Translations under genes and position numbers: made by a program
Notes under the pieces: model-generated
The model's database searches: none
What the model saw: the letters and a program-made list of their open reading frames with translations, nothing else
What the model was told of the DNA's origin: nothing
In this document: positions 18,647 through 27,095 of the stretch, in pieces
Position numbering within the stretch: position 1 is the stretch's first letter
Layout: each line of letters begins with the position of its first letter
Virus record (IMG/VR): IMGVR_UViG_3300027759_004598
Span: 1-34,008 of that record
Reading direction: 5' to 3' (one strand)
Origin: a virus
Taxonomy: Duplodnaviria > Caudoviricetes
DNA: 34,008 nucleotides

Positions 18647-20570
18647 TATCACTGCCTTTAATTTGTTTTAATGCATCTTCAAAGTTTTCATTTACTAAAG
18701 ATTTTTTTTGTTTTAATTCTTGAGTAATCGCTTTAGCTGAAGTCGAATCCCCTCTACGTAAAGCCATTGCTATTTTTCTATGAATAGAAGCAAGCATGGG
18801 TTTACCTTGCTGTTGTAGTTTAGTTGCAGCAGCTTCATGGGAGGAAGGATCAGCTGCTTCTTTTACAGTCTTTTTACCAACAGGGGAGACTTTATGTACT
18901 ACCATTTTTTTGAATCCCTTCATATCGTAATACTTACGAGCTCTCTCAGCAGCAGCTTCATCCGAGTCAGCTTGCACGTTTAGGTCTTTAACTATACGGG
19001 CCTGTATTCCTGGATTCAAAGGATCATGCATATGCATAGTTACTGTATGAGTATGTTTAGCTACTTCTACAGGCTGATGCTCCATTTTTTTAGCTTTTAA
19101 ATTAACCTTCTCGGCTAAGTCACTATCTTCATTATGAAATGTATCGCCTCTGTTTAGAAAAGAATTAACTCTATTAAAACCAGCTTGCTGTGGTGTAATA
19201 GAAGTATCACCGCTTAACTTCCATTCATCTACTCCACGCTTATAAACCTCTGCAATAATATGAAAAGACATATTTGACTTTTCTGCTTTTTTATCCAGAG
19301 ATTTTTGTTCTTGTTCTGTTAAAGAATTGTTAACAAGTGTGTCATAGACCTTACCAACAAATGCTAGTAATTTTTTCTCTTGTAAGTCTTCTCCTGTTTC
19401 GTGATTATAGGAGAAGGACATAAAGTTACCAATTTTTTGAGCTGGTGCCTTTTTATGCATTCTATGGAACTGTAGACGCTTCATCTCTGCTTGTCTAATT
19501 TTAGGAACTAGACGTAGTGCCATCTTTTTAATATTTTTTACTTTTGGATCAATTAACCTATCTACATTCACCTTGTCGGAAGGTGACATACGCTGGTATT
19601 GCGCACCTCGTTGACCGGCAAACCTAACACGAAGCACACTCTTAGCTTTCTTAGCTGCTCTTCGTTCTAACGACTGTTGGGAGGCCATTCTATTGGATGC
19701 AAATTTTCTTGCACGAGTAAGTCTAGATTTTAGTCTTCTCATCTGCATGGCTCTTTGACGACGCTGAACTAACGTTAGAACGCGCTCAAATAACTCATCA
19801 GCTGATTCTTTAATAGATTGAACATGGTGCATGATTTCATCTGCATGTGGGTGAAGAGCTTTTGGAAGTCCAGATTTAAACTCTTTTTTATTACCAGCTC
19901 TTGCATGTTCGCGCATCTTAGTACCAGACATACCCTCTGCGCCTTCAGCATCAGGGTCTCTGTGACCGGCTGATACTACTTTGATAGATTTAAAATTATA
20001 ATGACCGTGTTTACCCTCAACATTATTATATTTCTCAAGTTTTTCTTTATACTCATCTACACGATCAGAGCCTGCTACAACTACCAAGTGCTTATGGCCT
20101 TGGGCGTGTAATTTGGCTACGGCATGAAAAATAGATGGTTCAGCTTTAGAGGATCCAGAGACACTCACGCCTGTTCCCCCAACCTTTTTAAGGTATTCTA
20201 TTTTTTTCTTTTGTGGGAGTGGGTCTTTTGATGTACCTTCTGAATGACTGGCTACTATATGGGCCTGACCGCCATGTTCTTTAGCAACATCTTTTACTTT
20301 ATTAATAAGCTTCTCATGGCCGATTGTTGGAGGGTTATATCTTCCAAAAGCCATAACAGCTGTAGATTCTTTTGATTCTGACATAGTCCTAGAACCTGAT
20401 CCATCATCCATTTTTGGATTAATATCGATTGGATTTGGCTTTTGACCGGTCACAGTCTTGCCACTGCCCTTCTTGGCAAGTTTATCTGTTATTTTATTAG
20501 AGACGCCAGATATCGTCGATTTTGGTGATTGCTGGATAACTGCGTTATCAGCATTCGAATTAGAAGCCAT
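18639..20570 (-). CDS. HIGH-superfamily nucleotidyltransferase (cytidylyltransferase-like) fused to basic and helical modules
   Basis: AFGRYNPPTIGHEKL, DPL, VAGSDRV, SAGHRDPDAEG..MSGTKMR; then an R/K-rich helix; LDKKAEKS..VYKRG..QQAGFNRVNSFL module. Confidence 0.8.
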   Translation of the reverse strand: MASNSNADNAVIQQSPKSTISGVSNKITDKLAKKGSGKTVTGQKPNPIDINPKMDDGSGSRTMSESKESTAVMAFGRYNPPTIGHEKLINKVKDVAKEHGGQAHIVASHSEGTSKDPLPQKKKIEYLKKVGGTGVSVSGSSKAEPSIFHAVAKLHAQGHKHLVVVAGSDRVDEYKEKLEKYNNVEGKHGHYNFKSIKVVSAGHRDPDAEGAEGMSGTKMREHARAGNKKEFKSGLPKALHPHADEIMHHVQSIKESADELFERVLTLVQRRQRAMQMRRLKSRLTRARKFASNRMASQQSLERRAAKKAKSVLRVRFAGQRGAQYQRMSPSDKVNVDRLIDPKVKNIKKMALRLVPKIRQAEMKRLQFHRMHKKAPAQKIGNFMSFSYNHETGEDLQEKKLLAFVGKVYDTLVNNSLTEQEQKSLDKKAEKSNMSFHIIAEVYKRGVDEWKLSGDTSITPQQAGFNRVNSFLNRGDTFHNEDSDLAEKVNLKAKKMEHQPVEVAKHTHTVTMHMHDPLNPGIQARIVKDLNVQADSDEAAAERARKYYDMKGFKKMVVHKVSPVGKKTVKEAADPSSHEAAATKLQQQGKPMLASIHRKIAMALRRGDSTSAKAITQELKQKKSLVNENFEDALKQIKGSDNE

Positions 20571-20615
20571 ATGTTTTTTCCTTAGATCAGGTTTACCTAA
20601 GCCTAACTGACCTTT

Positions 20616-20623
20616 TATTTATA
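20616..20623 (-). promoter_or_regulatory. T4-type late promoter
   Basis: Exact TATAAATA in the intergenic gap. Confidence 0.75.
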
Positions 20624-20639
20624 ATTTACTTAAATACTA

Positions 20640-21812
20640 CTATCTTTCTCTTGATAAGAAGTTAGCTCTACTGAATTCTGCTCTATCTACGAATTTTGTT
20701 GGTCGACCACCTCGCACAGCTACAAATCCTTCCGGTTTTGTCTTTTGACCGGCAATAGAGTGTTCATATGTTGGACTATCTGCCATAGCATGTGTCAGCA
20801 CATCTTTTGCCTTTTGAAGGTGGTGATGCATTTTAAGAACGCTGGATATATGGCTTTTATCTTGATCTATGCTGGATAGATGTTGGTTCATGGCTTGTGT
20901 TTTCTGCTCAATACCTTTAGCAGATTTCATCTTCCCCACTTCCTTTACCATCTTATTTTTGACGTGCTCTTTGAAGCCTTGATGAGTAGGAGTAGATCCA
21001 TCTTTAACAGTAGCGTTAATATAAGTCTTTAAATGATCAGCATGATGTTGACCTGCATCAAAAGTTTCATCTGGTGCTTTATTAAACTCTTTAGTTGCTG
21101 CACCAATGTGCTTCTTATACTCATCCTCTTGTTCTGGAGTAAATTTAGTCTTCTTAAAATTCTGATGAATAGGTAGCATATGGACATCGTCATGCTCCTT
21201 AAACCCTTCTTCTTTAGGGTTCATATTGTAGTTTGCTTTCATACTTTCTAAAGTCTTACCTTTGTAAGATGTATGAACTGCTACACCAATTTTTGCTTTT
21301 TCTATTTTTTTACCTTCCTCCGAATTCTTTGGAGTAGAGTAAGTAATGGTATTAGGTTTAAAATGATATTTGTTACCTTTATCTTCAACCTCGTGTTTAG
21401 AATACATTAGGTCACCTTGATATACGCCTTGCTTTGGAGCGGTCTTTTTCAGATGTACCAATGCTTCTCTTAGTTTGGCAACAAGTCCAGGCGCATGTCC
21501 ATGATTTTTTTCAATGTCTTCATTAGTATAATTAATCTTAGGATCTTTATTAAATATAGATTTAGTAGATACAAAGAACTTACCGGTCTCAGGATGATGT
21601 CCGAAAACAATTGAAGGAGAACCATCATACTTAACAGACACAGATGTCTTGTTGTGCTTGCCTTTAAGTAACCCGTGAACGTCTTCTAGGTTATGGAATG
21701 CATGGGCATACCCCTTTTTACCAGCATTCATCACATGGTCTTCTAGATGCTCTAGGTGGGTAAGTTTACTTTCGTCAGAGACAGCTTCAGTAATAAATGT
21801 TAGATAATTCAT
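20640..21812 (-). CDS. Covalent nucleotidyltransferase (RNA/DNA ligase-like) protein, conserved in T4-like phages
   Basis: SVKYDG (motif I KxDG), TKS, YQGDLM (III), EGFV (IV), TKFV (V). Confidence 0.6.
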   Translation of the reverse strand: MNYLTFITEAVSDESKLTHLEHLEDHVMNAGKKGYAHAFHNLEDVHGLLKGKHNKTSVSVKYDGSPSIVFGHHPETGKFFVSTKSIFNKDPKINYTNEDIEKNHGHAPGLVAKLREALVHLKKTAPKQGVYQGDLMYSKHEVEDKGNKYHFKPNTITYSTPKNSEEGKKIEKAKIGVAVHTSYKGKTLESMKANYNMNPKEEGFKEHDDVHMLPIHQNFKKTKFTPEQEDEYKKHIGAATKEFNKAPDETFDAGQHHADHLKTYINATVKDGSTPTHQGFKEHVKNKMVKEVGKMKSAKGIEQKTQAMNQHLSSIDQDKSHISSVLKMHHHLQKAKDVLTHAMADSPTYEHSIAGQKTKPEGFVAVRGGRPTKFVDRAEFSRANFLSRER

Positions 21813-22879
21813 TTTCGTATCTTTATCTTAGTGTCGTTAGGATATTCGCCTGCTTTTGAGTTACGCAATTCTACCAAATACTTATCCCCGGCTTGAGAAT
21901 GACATTCTATAGAAATTTGTTTGGATTGTAAGGTTGGATATTTAATATTATCAATTATTATGCCTTTAGTAAGTTTATCTAATTTAGCCCTATCCAACCA
22001 AAATACCTTCCAACCGTTAGTCTCTTTCTTTACATAGAAATAATTCATACCCCAGGCACGTTCAAAAATAGCTTTAAGTTTATTAGTATCTGGACGCTTA
22101 ACTGCTATTTTCTTTCTTACCTTTTTAACGTTATTACGTAAATCAAAGCCTGCCTGTACTTGATTTAAATCGGCTCCAAAGGCATCTAAGAACTCAGCAC
22201 CTGCTGAGTTTGGAACTATATCTCCATCATTAAATAAACTAGCGGCACCGGAATAAGAGCTAAATGTATATCCGTTTACATCTTTAAGAGAGATGAACCA
22301 ATCTTTACCTGTAGAATCTGTAAGTACTATATCACCAATAATAGCACCTAGTTTTTCAATGGGTATACCTTCTTTTTTAGTAGAGCCGGTGCGCTGTTTA
22401 ATGGATACTATATCTACCTTATCAAATGCTTTATTTTTACTAAGCTCCCCTATCAGTATTTTCATATCTGCAGATGCATTCTTAGGCAACTTAAATGCAC
22501 TTGCAAGATTAGTAACAGTAGCCTTTTCAAAATTCTCACCTTTGTTAGCGCCTCTGGCTATTACTAGGTCTATTTTATTATCAAATAGAGAAAACTCAAC
22601 ACTAGGAAATTTTGAACTGTTAGGAGAGAGGCTATTAGATTTTATAGATTTAAATTCTTTTATCTTTTTTAAATCTCCGGGTACCCCGGCAATTGCATTA
22701 TCAGACGTATCTTTTTGAGTATTAATAAGCTGTAATCTAAATTCACGGTCATAACCGCCGGCTCTGGGTTTGCCACCAGCCGGTAGTTTAGGTGCTATTT
22801 GATAGTTGTATTTTTTAAGTAAGGTGTTAAGCTGAATACCTAGTGTCTTGTAATCAGCCACAGATAGTGCTTGGGCCAT
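21809..22879 (-). CDS. Putative PD-(D/E)XK-like nuclease
   Basis: GENFE...IIGDIVL-x8-ISLK, a variant with S at the D/E position. Confidence 0.45.
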   Translation of the reverse strand: MAQALSVADYKTLGIQLNTLLKKYNYQIAPKLPAGGKPRAGGYDREFRLQLINTQKDTSDNAIAGVPGDLKKIKEFKSIKSNSLSPNSSKFPSVEFSLFDNKIDLVIARGANKGENFEKATVTNLASAFKLPKNASADMKILIGELSKNKAFDKVDIVSIKQRTGSTKKEGIPIEKLGAIIGDIVLTDSTGKDWFISLKDVNGYTFSSYSGAASLFNDGDIVPNSAGAEFLDAFGADLNQVQAGFDLRNNVKKVRKKIAVKRPDTNKLKAIFERAWGMNYFYVKKETNGWKVFWLDRAKLDKLTKGIIIDNIKYPTLQSKQISIECHSQAGDKYLVELRNSKAGEYPNDTKIKIRK

Positions 22880-22895
22880 AATTTCTCCTGTATGG

Positions 22896-22902
22896 TATTT
22901 AG
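22896..22902 (-). promoter_or_regulatory. Late-promoter-like element
   Basis: CTAAATA right after the terminator and before the AGGAGA RBS of 22879. Confidence 0.55.
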
Positions 22903-22905
22903 GAG

Positions 22906-22930
22906 AAAAAAAATCCCGCCGAAGCGGGAT
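22906..22930 (-). terminator. Rho-independent terminator with cUUCGg tetraloop
   Basis: ATCCCGC-TTCG-GCGGGAT then T-run. Confidence 0.92.
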
Positions 22931-22933
22931 AAA

Positions 22934-23854
22934 TTAGACTTCAATAATTTTAGCGTAATACGGATGATCTTTTTGAGACTTTCTCTCATAATTAACATAC
23001 CCGCGAGGATTACATACCACTGTAGTTTCCCCTACTTTATATTCAAACTCATCGTGGGTATGTCCATGAGTCCATACTTTAATCTGAGGGTGGTCAATAA
23101 TGAATGAGGTAAGGTCAGAAGAATACCCTCCATTCATTAACACATCATCCTGATATTGAGGTTTAGTAGATTGCTTAGAAGGTGCATGATGTCCAACCAC
23201 TACAAACTTCTGATCAAATTTACCTTCAATCATTAATCGAATAAATTCAATCATTGCTTTGTGATCATCAACCGCATCTTCAGTAGTGAAGGCTTTAGAC
23301 CGCTCAACAAACTTAAATCCACTCTCCTTAGCTTTCCTATAACCATCTTCCTCAGTATAAAGGATTGTACCATCTTCATCTCTCTCATACTCTGGTACAC
23401 GTATCTGTTTGGTACCATTACCAACAATTCGGAAATCGTTCATACAACCTGAAACATGACGATGGGTGGAGATATCGCCTCCGTTCATATCAGTCCAGAG
23501 CGTGCCTCCAATGAATGTTACATCTTCCACTTGAAGTAACTCTTTATCCAAAAGATGCACATTAGGTAGATTAACTAAAGCTTGTTTGATCCATTTAGCC
23601 GAATGCTGGTAGTCACCGTTATAGTGCTCATGGTTACCCATTACATACACTACGGTTTTATACTTGGCGGCGGCGTTGCTGAAAAACTCCAAATACCTTT
23701 CACCACGATGAGTAAAAGCAGATTGAGTTTCTGTATCGAAATCAACAGCTGTACAAATATCACCAGACAAAATTAGTACGTCAGCCTCTGGCTGATCGTC
23801 AAAGTCAAGCATACCAAATTCTAAATGTACATCTGACATTAATGCGAGTTTCAT
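22934..23854 (-). CDS. Calcineurin-like metallophosphoesterase
   Basis: SDVH, SGD, GNHE, HH, HGHTH, CNPRGY. Confidence 0.9.
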   Translation of the reverse strand: MKLALMSDVHLEFGMLDFDDQPEADVLILSGDICTAVDFDTETQSAFTHRGERYLEFFSNAAAKYKTVVYVMGNHEHYNGDYQHSAKWIKQALVNLPNVHLLDKELLQVEDVTFIGGTLWTDMNGGDISTHRHVSGCMNDFRIVGNGTKQIRVPEYERDEDGTILYTEEDGYRKAKESGFKFVERSKAFTTEDAVDDHKAMIEFIRLMIEGKFDQKFVVVGHHAPSKQSTKPQYQDDVLMNGGYSSDLTSFIIDHPQIKVWTHGHTHDEFEYKVGETTVVCNPRGYVNYERKSQKDHPYYAKIIEV

Positions 23855-23865
23855 AATATCCTTTC

Positions 23866-24705
23866 TTAAGTCCAAAGACTGTTTCTTACTTTAATGAGAC
23901 GGATTAACATCTCATCGTCTTCTTTTGCGTACGCTTTCTCAATCTTAGTAGTAAGTTTAAGCGCCTTATCAGCCATTTTTTTCATCTCGGGAGTTTTATC
24001 AGCACCCAAACTTGCCCAAAGGCTTCCACCGTTAGCCTTACGGCTTAATTCACAGTACTCACTCCAGCCACTAGCATCATGGGGGTCAGGACGGTTAGGG
24101 TAAACTTCAGTCCACCACTTATACAGGTCCAATATCTCCTGTGCTGCAATTGCCTGCTCAGTAGGTTTGCCAAAATTAGGGTCATCTTTGTTAGTATACT
24201 GCTCATCTCTTACAAGACTAGCTTGCCATGCAAGATTGGCAAGCCCGCACTCCTTACTACGCCATATACGCCAGCGAAACCAACCACTAGCATACCACGG
24301 TGCTTGGAATTTTTTTCGTGCTTCCGTATCCCATGCAATATGCCACCAGGCTAGTTCTACTTCAACAAACTCCACCAGCTCATTAAACAAGCATGGAAGA
24401 AACCTATTACCCACGTCACACCAACTACCAGGGCTGATATCGCGAGCATGGGCAGTAAGAGCATGAGTACGAGTAACCCATCGATTATTAATATAATATT
24501 TTGCTGCATAAATTTTATCTGGTACATAGTAAATAAATTTCTGAATAAAGTCTAGACCCTCTTCAGCCAACCACCAGCGAACGGGGTAGGACTTTTTAGC
24601 TCTAGTCTCCCATTCATCCCATTGCTCAGCCGTACCACTTTTGAGTTTAGTAGTACCACGAAGCCAATCGGCAAACTTACTGCATGTCCAATAGTTACTT
24701 CTCAT
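23866..24705 (-). CDS. Trp-rich hypothetical protein
   Basis: 279-aa ORF in operon. Confidence 0.75.
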   Translation of the reverse strand: MRSNYWTCSKFADWLRGTTKLKSGTAEQWDEWETRAKKSYPVRWWLAEEGLDFIQKFIYYVPDKIYAAKYYINNRWVTRTHALTAHARDISPGSWCDVGNRFLPCLFNELVEFVEVELAWWHIAWDTEARKKFQAPWYASGWFRWRIWRSKECGLANLAWQASLVRDEQYTNKDDPNFGKPTEQAIAAQEILDLYKWWTEVYPNRPDPHDASGWSEYCELSRKANGGSLWASLGADKTPEMKKMADKALKLTTKIEKAYAKEDDEMLIRLIKVRNSLWT

Positions 24706-24793
24706 TATCCATATACTCCAATGCTTTAACTATCATTGCCACAATCACAAAAGCTATTCCAATAAAAACTAGCCCCTCGATTATGAAATTCAT
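24695..24793 (-). CDS. Small single-TM protein (32 aa)
   Basis: MNFIIEGLVFIGIAFVIVAMIVKALEYMDNEK; AAGGAG RBS. Confidence 0.55.
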   Translation of the reverse strand: MNFIIEGLVFIGIAFVIVAMIVKALEYMDNEK

Positions 24794-24797
24794 GTAG

Positions 24798-24956
24798 TTA
24801 CTCCTTGTTGTTAGCGTCCAGTGAATGGAGACCGGAGAATAAAAACAGTAGACCTGTCATTATTACAACACTCCATTGGGCGAAGGTAAATCCATCACCA
24901 AGAAAAGCTATAAACATCAGTAACAACCCTATTGTTACTCTTCCCATACCAATCAT
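24798..24956 (-). CDS. Small two-TM protein (52 aa)
   Basis: MIGMGRVTIGLLLMFIAFLGDGFTFAQWSVVIMTGLLFLFSGLHSLDANNKE; ATGA coupling. Confidence 0.6.
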   Translation of the reverse strand: MIGMGRVTIGLLLMFIAFLGDGFTFAQWSVVIMTGLLFLFSGLHSLDANNKE

Positions 24957-25168
24957 GTTTTTGACCTTATTTTATCTAGCACTTCATTAGCAAGCGTGAA
25001 GTCATTTTTTTTATCTATCTTCTTATCAATGAGATCATACTTATGGCACAATAACAGCTCCATACAATACTGTTTATCATCATCTTCAAGAGTGTTGTAC
25101 CATCTAGGAAAATGATCTTTAGATAATGAAAGAACAAAACTTAAATTATCAATATCTCTCTTGCGCAT
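24953..25168 (-). CDS. Hypothetical protein
   Basis: AAGGAG RBS; 71 aa. Confidence 0.7.
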   Translation of the reverse strand: MRKRDIDNLSFVLSLSKDHFPRWYNTLEDDDKQYCMELLLCHKYDLIDKKIDKKNDFTLANEVLDKIRSKT

Positions 25169-25304
25169 GGTAAGTCTCCTTATGCTTTGCTTTTCGGGAA
25201 TACCTCACCTTAGACTGCTCTGCTCTCGCCTGAAAAGGAAGGTTCCTATCAAACAAGACACGGTGAACACGCGTCTTACTTATTAATTTGATTTTGATTT
25301 TCAT
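25149..25304 (-). CDS. Small basic ArfA-like protein (51 aa, not in ORF track)
   Basis: MKIKIKLISKTRVHRVLFDRNLPFQARAEQSKVRYSRKAKHKETYHAQERY; first gene after a promoter. Confidence 0.55.
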   Translation of the reverse strand: MKIKIKLISKTRVHRVLFDRNLPFQARAEQSKVRYSRKAKHKETYHAQERY

Positions 25305-25337
25305 GATAATATTTAGTACTCAACGAATGTTATATTC

Positions 25338-25366
25338 ATTATAGAGTATTTACGAAATTAAATCAA
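25338..25366 (-). promoter_or_regulatory. sigma70-type early promoter
   Basis: TTGATT-N17-TATAAT with upstream A-tract. Confidence 0.75.
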
Positions 25367-25380
25367 CTACTTTTTATCAT

Positions 25381-25407
25381 AAAAAACCCATGTCGCGACA
25401 TGGGTTT
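25381..25407 (-). terminator. Rho-independent terminator (perfect 24-bp palindrome)
   Basis: AAACCCATGTCGCGACATGGGTTT followed by Ts on the minus strand. Confidence 0.8.
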
Positions 25408-25423
25408 AGAGGAGCAGTTCTAC

Positions 25424-25642
25424 TTACTTCCTGTCATTACCAGAAACAAATTCATTGAGAAGCTGGGCTTCAGTAATGACGTCTTGGGCGTTGGGGAACT
25501 TTTTCTCTTTGATGAACTGTTTTAGAAGGTCAGGATCATCCAATGCCTTCTTTGCTTCTAGTTCGGTGTAGTACTCTTGGGAGAGTCTGTCGCGGGCCAT
25601 GTTTAACAGCTCGGTGCGAATTTCAAATGGTGTCTTTGTCAT
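25424..25642 (-). CDS. Conserved T4-like small protein
   Basis: TPFEIRTELLNMA...FP...VITEAQLLNEFVS. Confidence 0.75.
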   Translation of the reverse strand: MTKTPFEIRTELLNMARDRLSQEYYTELEAKKALDDPDLLKQFIKEKKFPNAQDVITEAQLLNEFVSGNDRK

Positions 25643-25719
25643 GTTATTTCCTTTATGTGTGTTGTGTGAATACCTATTAACAGGCTATCAATTACTCAAT
25701 TAGCCTCTTTATAGGTATT

Positions 25720-25866
25720 TTATGTAGCTTTGTATTCCCTTGAGCGATAGTATCTCCACATCTTCACATAATGGGCAAATCGAATAGGTTCATGAATGGG
25801 GTGTGGTAGGGTTCCCATTACGCGCTCCATATCAATTAAAATAACATTTAAATCGTCATCCGTCAT
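25720..25866 (-). CDS. Hypothetical protein (48 aa)
   Basis: MTDDDLNVILIDMERVMGTLPHPIHEPIRFAHYVKMWRYYRSREYKAT; TAATG coupling. Confidence 0.6.
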   Translation of the reverse strand: MTDDDLNVILIDMERVMGTLPHPIHEPIRFAHYVKMWRYYRSREYKAT

Positions 25867-26036
25867 TACTTAACCACTACATACGTTGAATCTTGTGGTA
25901 GATCAGCTACGTTAACGGTATACGTATTCTGTACAGGAAATGTTGGGTTGTATTCGTAGTAGTAGCTCTTTGTATTGTCTAATTCCATGCTCGAACCATC
26001 ATCATAAAAAAATACAGTTTTAACTAGTTGTTTCAT
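25866..26036 (-). CDS. Hypothetical protein (56 aa)
   Basis: MKQLVKTVFFYDDGSSMEL...; GGAG RBS. Confidence 0.55.
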   Translation of the reverse strand: MKQLVKTVFFYDDGSSMELDNTKSYYYEYNPTFPVQNTYTVNVADLPQDSTYVVVK

Positions 26037-26038
26037 AA

Positions 26039-26254
26039 TTACTCCAAATATTTTTGTTTGATTGCGTCTTGAATTCGTTCTTGTGGAAAAGTTTCTGCCC
26101 CATACGACTTTACAATCTCAATACAATCCAAGGCTGTTTGTTGAATTGCATTGTTGATTTCATCAACAGCTTCTTCTGAGTTCATCCATCTACCAGATGT
26201 GTCCAATCCTTGTAGATCGGCAATTTGACGTTTGCGCCATCCAACGGCTGTCAT
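26039..26254 (-). CDS. Hypothetical protein
   Basis: 71-aa ORF, GGAG RBS. Confidence 0.65.
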   Translation of the reverse strand: MTAVGWRKRQIADLQGLDTSGRWMNSEEAVDEINNAIQQTALDCIEIVKSYGAETFPQERIQDAIKQKYLE

Positions 26255-26255
26255 A

Positions 26256-26756
26256 TCAATTCTCCCCTATTCTAAAATTACGCTCGGTCATTTCCGGAGA
26301 CGGAAATTTCCAATTCTTATGTACACTGGTAACAGGAATATCTATCCAATGTTGAATAGATAGAAACACACCGCCTAACTCACCAAATGTAGCCCCGTGC
26401 CAGTCGGTAGGCAGTACTCTGAAAAAAAGACCGGTTCGGTTGCATTGACCGTCTTTTTTTTGGCGAACGGTTCTTAATCTGGTTAGTTTGGTACCATTGT
26501 GTCTAAACTCAATTTGTCCCCCCACATACACCTCAAAACTATCTACACTAGGATGTACGTGATCTGCAATTTCGGTAAACGGCATTGCGGTAATCATTTG
26601 TACCTGAAACTGACCTTCCCTGTACAGTGTGGTAGTTATAACACTCCTGTCGTGATAGAGAAGATCCTCAGTAAAGGGGGCCCGAAACGGGCGTTTACTC
26701 AACCATCTATCCTTGAACCTCTCCAACTCATCTACCATATCAAACAATACGTCCAA
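26256..26756 (-). CDS. Cupin-fold metal-binding protein
   Basis: IADHVHPSVDSFE (HxHxxxxxxE) and V.PTDWHGA. Confidence 0.65.
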   Translation of the reverse strand: MDVLFDMVDELERFKDRWLSKRPFRAPFTEDLLYHDRSVITTTLYREGQFQVQMITAMPFTEIADHVHPSVDSFEVYVGGQIEFRHNGTKLTRLRTVRQKKDGQCNRTGLFFRVLPTDWHGATFGELGGVFLSIQHWIDIPVTSVHKNWKFPSPEMTERNFRIGEN

Positions 26757-26937
26757 GGTGCCTGTGGATTAACCCATCCAGTTCATCCTGATATTCTTTC
26801 CCTTGTCTACGCTTCTCAAAGATAGTATTTAACAATGTAATACTGACACCATCAAACCCTATCAACCCTCTTTGCTCAAGGGCATCAATTAGATCATCGG
26901 TATCAATTTCATTTAGATCTATCTCGACATAGGGCAT
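26740..26937 (-). CDS. Hypothetical protein
   Basis: VEIDLNEIDTDDLIDALEQRG; AGGAG RBS. Confidence 0.7.
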   Translation of the reverse strand: MPYVEIDLNEIDTDDLIDALEQRGLIGFDGVSITLLNTIFEKRRQGKEYQDELDGLIHRHLGRIV

Positions 26938-26938
26938 T

Positions 26939-27085
26939 TTAATCTCCTGACTTATGTTTAAGGGTCATCATAAAGAGAAGGGTAAGGAGAAAGGTCCACG
27001 TTGACCAATCGTACTCCTGTACCAGATAGGCAGTTCCTGCCACAAGGGTTAGGTTGTATATTATGAGAAAGATACTTACAACCAT
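26939..27085 (-). CDS. Small two-TM protein (48 aa)
   Basis: MVVSIFLIIYNLTLVAGTAYLVQEYDWSTWTFLLTLLFMMTLKHKSGD. Confidence 0.55.
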   Translation of the reverse strand: MVVSIFLIIYNLTLVAGTAYLVQEYDWSTWTFLLTLLFMMTLKHKSGD

Positions 27086-27095
27086 CCTACTTAGT

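Noticed and set aside
1844-24990. Numerous + strand ORFs in the track (e.g. 1844..2185, 9648..10079, 11583..11969, 22293..22718, 24805..24990)
   Set aside because: Antisense shadows of well-supported minus-strand genes, with no recognisable motifs
25384-25407. Perfect 24-bp palindrome as operator or recombination site
   Set aside because: Position just after a stop codon with a T-run is adequately explained by a terminator
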